From: the human T2T-CHM13v2.0 reference genome, Homo sapiens
Assembly: GCF_009914755.1 (NCBI RefSeq)
Contig: NC_060925.1
Direction: 5' to 3' (one strand)
DNA length: 64,000 nt
The position numbers and the translations under genes were made by a program. The notes beneath the pieces are model-generated. The model had not been told where the DNA came from. It made no database searches and saw only the letters and a list, made by a program, of their open reading frames with translations. Below, piece by piece: positions 55,818 through 64,000 of this stretch. The first letter of the stretch is position 1. Each line of letters starts with the position of its first letter.

Positions 55818-56007
55818 ATGGAATCTGGACCCAAAATGTTGGCCCCCGTTTGCCTGGTGGAAAATAACAATGAGCAGCTATTGGTGAACCAGCAAGCTAT
55901 ACAGATTCTTGAAAAGATTTCTCAGCCAGTGGTGGTGGTGGCCATTGTAGGACTGTACCGTACAGGGAAATCCTACTTGATGAACCATCTGGCAGGACAG
56001 AATCATG
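55818..56007 (+). CDS. GBP6: Guanylate-binding protein 6, first coding exon (exon 2)
   Basis: [63 protein letters not shown], with P-loop GLYRTGKS, Kozak gccATGG, 190 coding nt and donor catg|gtaagt. Matches my recollection of human GBP6. Confidence 0.95.
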
Positions 56008-56811
56008 GTAAGTGGTATCCTGGGACACAGGCCAGTTGCTTGATTCCAGCTATATCTCAGCTTCTTGATTCTCTACCCCAGAGCACATGAAGGTAGACTC
56101 CAATTCCTTTCAATAAACCAACCTTCTCATTCCAATTCTTACCACCAAACCACTACCTTACGATAATCCATTCTCATATTTTTTCCCTCATTCCCATTAA
56201 GGAAACTCTACATTACTAGTGCCCAGAATCCTACCTTCCCTTGTGTATTCAAGTCCTGGGCTCCTGTAATTGTGTCTCCTTTGTCTTATAACATATTTTG
56301 CTTTCCTCATGTAATATTCCCATCAACATACAAAGATGTTTTAATCTATGTAATCTTGAAAACGCTTCCTGAATTCCACATCCCATGTGGCCACCAACTT
56401 CTGTTTTGTTTTTGTGTTTGTTTTAGTTTTTAATCACTTTTCAATGCAAAAAAAGATCTCAATTTCCCTTTTTGAGTTTTTTCCTTCTCGTGTCTTTCTT
56501 CAACCCACTCTTCTCTGACTTTGAACCCCACCACTTTTCAAGATGTTCCTGTTATCAGTGACCTCCTCTTTGTCTGATTCATAGATTTCTCTTTGTCTCC
56601 ATTTTGAGCCGTTACTTGGCATCATTCTCACATTTAATGTCCCTCGCTTTTTTATATAGATTATTCACAAAGTAAGCCATTCTTGAGGAAATACAGAAAG
56701 GACCATCATGTATGTTGGGGTAGTTACAATCCAACCAGTCTGATGCTGTGGCCCCAGGGCGGCTTGGCTGCTCTGCTGTCCCTGTGCTTAGCTTCCTCCT
56801 CTTCCCTGCAG

Positions 56812-56939
56812 GCTTCCCTCTGGGCTCCACGGTGCAGTCTGAAACCAAGGGCATCTGGATGTGGTGCGTGCCCCACCCATCCAAGCCAAACCACACCCTG
56901 GTCCTTCTGGACACCGAAGGTCTGGGCGATGTGGAAAAG
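56812..56939 (+). CDS. GBP6: GBP6 exon 3 (G2/switch I and G3 motifs)
   Basis: Acceptor cttccctgcag|, 128 nt in frame with exon 2: [43 protein letters not shown]. Donor aag|gtaaga. The gene continues beyond the window. Confidence 0.95.
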
Positions 56940-58456
56940 GTAAGACAGAGAGTCATAGACAGGTTCCTTTTATTCCAGACGTGATCCTTGTAATTAAACT
57001 GTTGTGATCTATTTGTGCAAACTAGAAATCCAACTATAGCAAATAAGGCAAACTTTGACCTGTTTGAATCACACTTCTAGACAAGGTTAGATATCATGGT
57101 ATATTAGGTAAAACATTCTTTTATTTCTTGGCACAGTGGTGAATGATTTGATTCAATTTGATAAAAGGTTGTTAAGCAGTTGAGTTCCAGGCCTTGGGGC
57201 TGAGTAGCATAGACATTGGTGAACAAAGTAAAGGTCCTGCCCACAAAGAGCCTTCAGGATGTAGTGTGACTGGGAAAGAAGCAGGTTGCTGAGAGGGAGG
57301 AGATGGGAATGCAATGCAATCCCTGCCCTCTGTCAATTCCATAGGGAACTCTGTGGCTGGAATGGCCCTTTTGAGTTATCATGTTTTGGGACAAGGGTGC
57401 TAGGCCTTCATCCCTGGTGCTGGTCAATCACTGGAAGTCTGCCCTGGAAAACTTTCTCATTAAGAGAGCTGACACCTGTGATCCAGGCAGCACCTCACAG
57501 CTTTCACCACATACAGTTGTGTATAACAGTGCTTTGATAAGAAAGAGAAGAGGTATTGACTCCAATCTCAGGAGATGAGGAGAGGCCTCTCACCCACCTT
57601 CTGAGCTACCATGTGAAGAGTACATTTGAGGGCTGGAATTAGGAGAGTTCAGTTTATATTTCTCATGATGAAGCTCATCAATTACCCACAGAGCATTCTG
57701 GAAGGCTTTGAGACATTTCTGATTGTGCTCATCATAAAAAAGTATTTGTTCTTCCTACAATAAACATTATAAGATGAATTTTTGATATTTAGCTTCTTAT
57801 GAATGGGTGAAATAAATAATTTCTCTCTTTTATTGTCTTACTTTGAGAGTTATTTGGGAATGGGTTCTAAATTTCTATACACTTTATTTTTGCCCAAACA
57901 GGCGTTAGAAATTCTGTTTATTTTTCTGCTTTAGTGTTGTATAATTGACAAATAAAAATTATATATAATTAAGCTGTACAACTTAATGTTTTGGTATGTG
58001 TATACACTGTGAAATGATCACCACAATCCAGCCAATAATATAGCTGTTACCTCACATAGTTACCGTTTTCTTTTTTCTATGCTCTCTTTTTATTTTTTGG
58101 TGTGGTAAGAACAATTAAGATCTGTCCTCTTAGCGGAAGTGAAGGTCACAATCAATATAGTATTGTTACTTATAGTCACACTGCTGTACGGTAGATCTCC
58201 AGAGTTTATTTATCTTTCATAACTGAAATTTTGAACTCTGTCACCAACATTTCTTCATTTCTCGCATCCCCAGCCCCTGGCAACCACTATTATACTCTGC
58301 TGCTATGAGTTTAACTATTTGACTATTTTAGATTCCACAAATAGGTGAGATCATGCAGTATTTGTCTTTCTATGTCTGACTTATTTCACTTAGCATAACG
58401 ACCTCAGTGTTCATCTATGTTGTTGCAAATGACAAAATTCCCTTTTTTGAGATTGA

Positions 58457-61090
<2,634 letters not shown>

Positions 61091-61126
61091 TAAATTATAT
61101 ATATATTCAATAAATATATATATGCA

Positions 61127-61505
61127 TGCTATGGATAGTTTGGCTGTGTCCTCACCCAAATCTCATCTTGAATTGTAGTTCCCATAATCCCCGCATGTCG
61201 TGGGAGGGACCTGGTGGGAGGTAATTGAATCATGTGGGTGGTTTCCCCATGCTATTCTCGTGATAGTGAGTAAGTTCTCATGAGAGCTGATCATTTTATA
61301 AGGGGATTCCCCCTTTACTTGGCTATCATTCTTCTCTCTCCTGCTACCATGTGAAGAAGGATGTGTTTGCTTCCCCTTCCACCATGATTGTAAGTTTCCT
61401 GAGGCCTCCCTAGCCATGCTGACCTGTGAGTCAAACCTCTTTCCTGTGTAAATTGTCCAGTCTCGTGTATGTCTTTATTGGGCAGCATGAGAACGGACTA
61501 GAGCA
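61127..61505 (+). mobile_element. THE1 (THE1D/C-like) solo LTR
   Basis: TG...CA termini, 5-bp TSD ATGCA on both sides, and tttggctgtgtcctcacccaaatctcatcttgaattgtagttccc. Confidence 0.88.
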
Positions 61506-62029
61506 ATGCACATACATGTACTCTACATTTTCTTTTTCTGTTCATGCATTGATGGACATTCGGGTAGTTTCCATATCTTGGCTATTGTGAATAATGCTGC
61601 AATTATTATGGATATATTTAAATATTCATACTTCCATATTTAAATATAAATATAAATATGAAAGTACAGATATCTCGTTAAAATACTGATTTAATTTCAT
61701 TTGGATTTATACATAAAAGTAAGATTGTTGGATCACATGGTAGTTCTATTTTTAATTTTTTGAGGGACCTCCATACTTTTTCCATAATAGCTGCATGAAT
61801 TTACACTCCAAAAAACAGCAAATGTTCTCTTATTTTATATTCTTGCCGACAATTGTTATTTTTAACTCCTTTGGTAATAGCCATCTTAAATGTGTCAGGT
61901 GATATCTTATTTTTGTTTTAATTTGCATTTCCTTGATAATTAGCTATTTTGTACACCTTTATATATACATATTAGCCATTTGTACGTCTTCTTTTGAGAA
62001 ATGTGTATTCAGGTTCTTTACTCATTTTT

Positions 62030-62841
62030 TTACTGTTTATTTTAACTGCAGCGGTACATGTGCAAGATGTGCAGGTTTGTTACATAGATAAACATATGTC
62101 ATGGGGGTTGGTTGTACAGGTTATTTTATCACCCAGGTATTAAGCCTAGTATCCATTAGTTATTTTTCCTGCTTCTCTCCCTCTTCCCCTCCCACACCCT
62201 CCCCTAATCCCCAGTGTGTGTTGTTCCCCTCTATATGTCCGTATGTTCTTATCATTTAGTTCCCACTTACAAGTGAGAACATGCAGTGTTTGGTTTTCTG
62301 TTCCTGCATTAGTTTGCTAAGGATAATGCCTTCCAGGCCCATCCATGTCCTTGAAAAGGACATGATTTTGTTCTTCTTTACAGCTGCATAGTATTTTATT
62401 GTGTTTATGTACCACATTTTATGTATCCAGTCTATCATTGATGGGCATTTAGGTTGATTCCATGTCTTTGCTATTATGAACAGTGCTGTAATGAAAGCAA
62501 GACATACATGTGGCCAACAATCATATGAAAAAAAAGCTCAACATCACTGATCATTACAGAAATCCAAATGGAAACCACAGTAAGATACCATCTCACACCA
62601 GTCAGAATAGGGTATTAATAAAAAGTCAAAAAATTACAGATACTGGTGAGGCTGTGGGCTTTTACACCATTAGTGGAAGTGTAAATTAGTTCAACCATTG
62701 TGGAAGACAGTATGGCAATTCCTCAGAGAGCTAAAGACAGAACTACCATTCAACCTAGCAATCCCATTACTGGGTATATACCCAAAGGAACGCAAATCAT
62801 TCTCTTATAAAGACACATGCATGCATAAGTTATTGCAGCAC
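62030..62841 (-). mobile_element. 5'-inverted older L1PA insertion
   Basis: Minus-strand 3' part (~62030-62496) plus a plus-strand upstream part (~62497-62841). TSD ctttactcattttt / ctttgctcattttt. Confidence 0.8.
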
Positions 62842-64000
62842 CTTTGCTCATTTTTAATGAGGTATAAGGATTTTTTTTTTGCTATTGAGTTATATAAGTT
62901 CCTCATGTATTTTGGATATTAGACCCTTATCAAATATATGGTTTGCAAATATTTTTCTCCTATTCCATTGGTTGCATTTTCACTCCGCTGACTGTTTCCT
63001 TTGTTACCTGAAGCATTTTAATTTGACGCAGTCTCACTTGTCTAATTTTGCTTTTGTCACCTGTGCTTTCGGTGTCATATCCAAAAACATCATTGCCCAA
63101 ACCAATGTCAAGTTTTTTCCTTGTATATTCTTCTGGTATTTTTACGGCTTCATATCTTTTTTTTCCCCTTCTATCTAACTAAAATTTTGTATCCTTTGAC
63201 TAACATTTTCCAACCTTCCTGTTCCCCTCTCCACTAGCCCCTCGTAACCATCATTCTACTTTCTACTGCTATGAGTTCAACTCTTTTAGATTTCACATAT
63301 AAGTAAAATCATGCAGTGTTTGTCTTTCTGTGCCTGGTTTATTTAACTAAGCTTAACATCCTCTAGATTCCTCCAGGTTGTTGCCAATGACAGGATTTCC
63401 TTCTTTTTGAAGGCTTAATAGTATTTCATTGTGTATAGATTTCACATTTTTTAAAATTCATTCATCTGTTAATGGAAACAGATTGACTCCATGCCTTGGC
63501 TATTGTGAATAGTACAGCAATAAATATAAAAGAACAGATATCTCTTTGACATAGTCATTTCATTTTCCTTGGATATATACACAGCAGTGGGATTTCTGGA
63601 TCCAGTTTCTGGTTTTCCATTTAAGTCTTTAATCCATTTTCAGTTGTTTTTGTGTATGGTGTGCAATAGGATCAAATATTGCTCTTCTGCATACATGTGG
63701 ATATCTGTTTTCCCAGCACCATTTATTGAGGGGACCATCCTTTCTTCAATGTAAGTTCTCAGCACATTAGTCAAAAATGAGTTCGCTGTGGATGTATACA
63801 TTTATTTCTGCATTGTCTAGTTTGTTCCATTGATCTATATGTCTGTTTTTATGCCAGCATCATACTATTTTGACTACTGTGGCTTTGCAATATATATTGA
63901 AATCAAGAAATATGATGCCCCCAGCTTTGTTCTTCTGGTTCAAGATTACTTTGATTATTCAGAGCATTTTGCGATTCTGTATTAATTTTAGGATTTTTTT

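Noticed and set aside
55743-56090. 115-aa ORF as a standalone protein
   Set aside because: It is GBP6 exon 2 read through both splice sites; the same applies to 56748-56984 (exon 3) and 19336-19656 (pseudo-exon 7).

Overview
Primate (almost certainly human) genomic DNA from the guanylate-binding protein (GBP) cluster. The only intact gene is the 5' part of GBP6 on the + strand: a probable non-coding exon 1 ending at 51392, coding exon 2 (ATG 55818 to 56007) and exon 3 (56812-56939). About 30-40 kb upstream, in the same orientation, three exons of a decayed GBP6-like paralogue survive (equivalents of GBP exons 6, 7 and 8). The rest is mostly transposable elements: a near full-length L1PA4-like element with an open antisense ORF0 and a nested AluYa5, three 5'-inverted L1s, a nested L1/LTR/THE1A/ERV1/HERV-L stack, solo LTRs, Alus, L2/MIR and DNA-transposon fragments. 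Two apparent deletion scars (~6350 and ~25480) bracket the GBP remnant. I see no CRISPR array, no RNA gene and no clearly new biological system. The best leads are the fossil GBP paralogue, a 67-bp templated insertion inside an old L1, and the ORF0-bearing L1. Repeat subfamily names come from recalled consensus sequences, not from a search.
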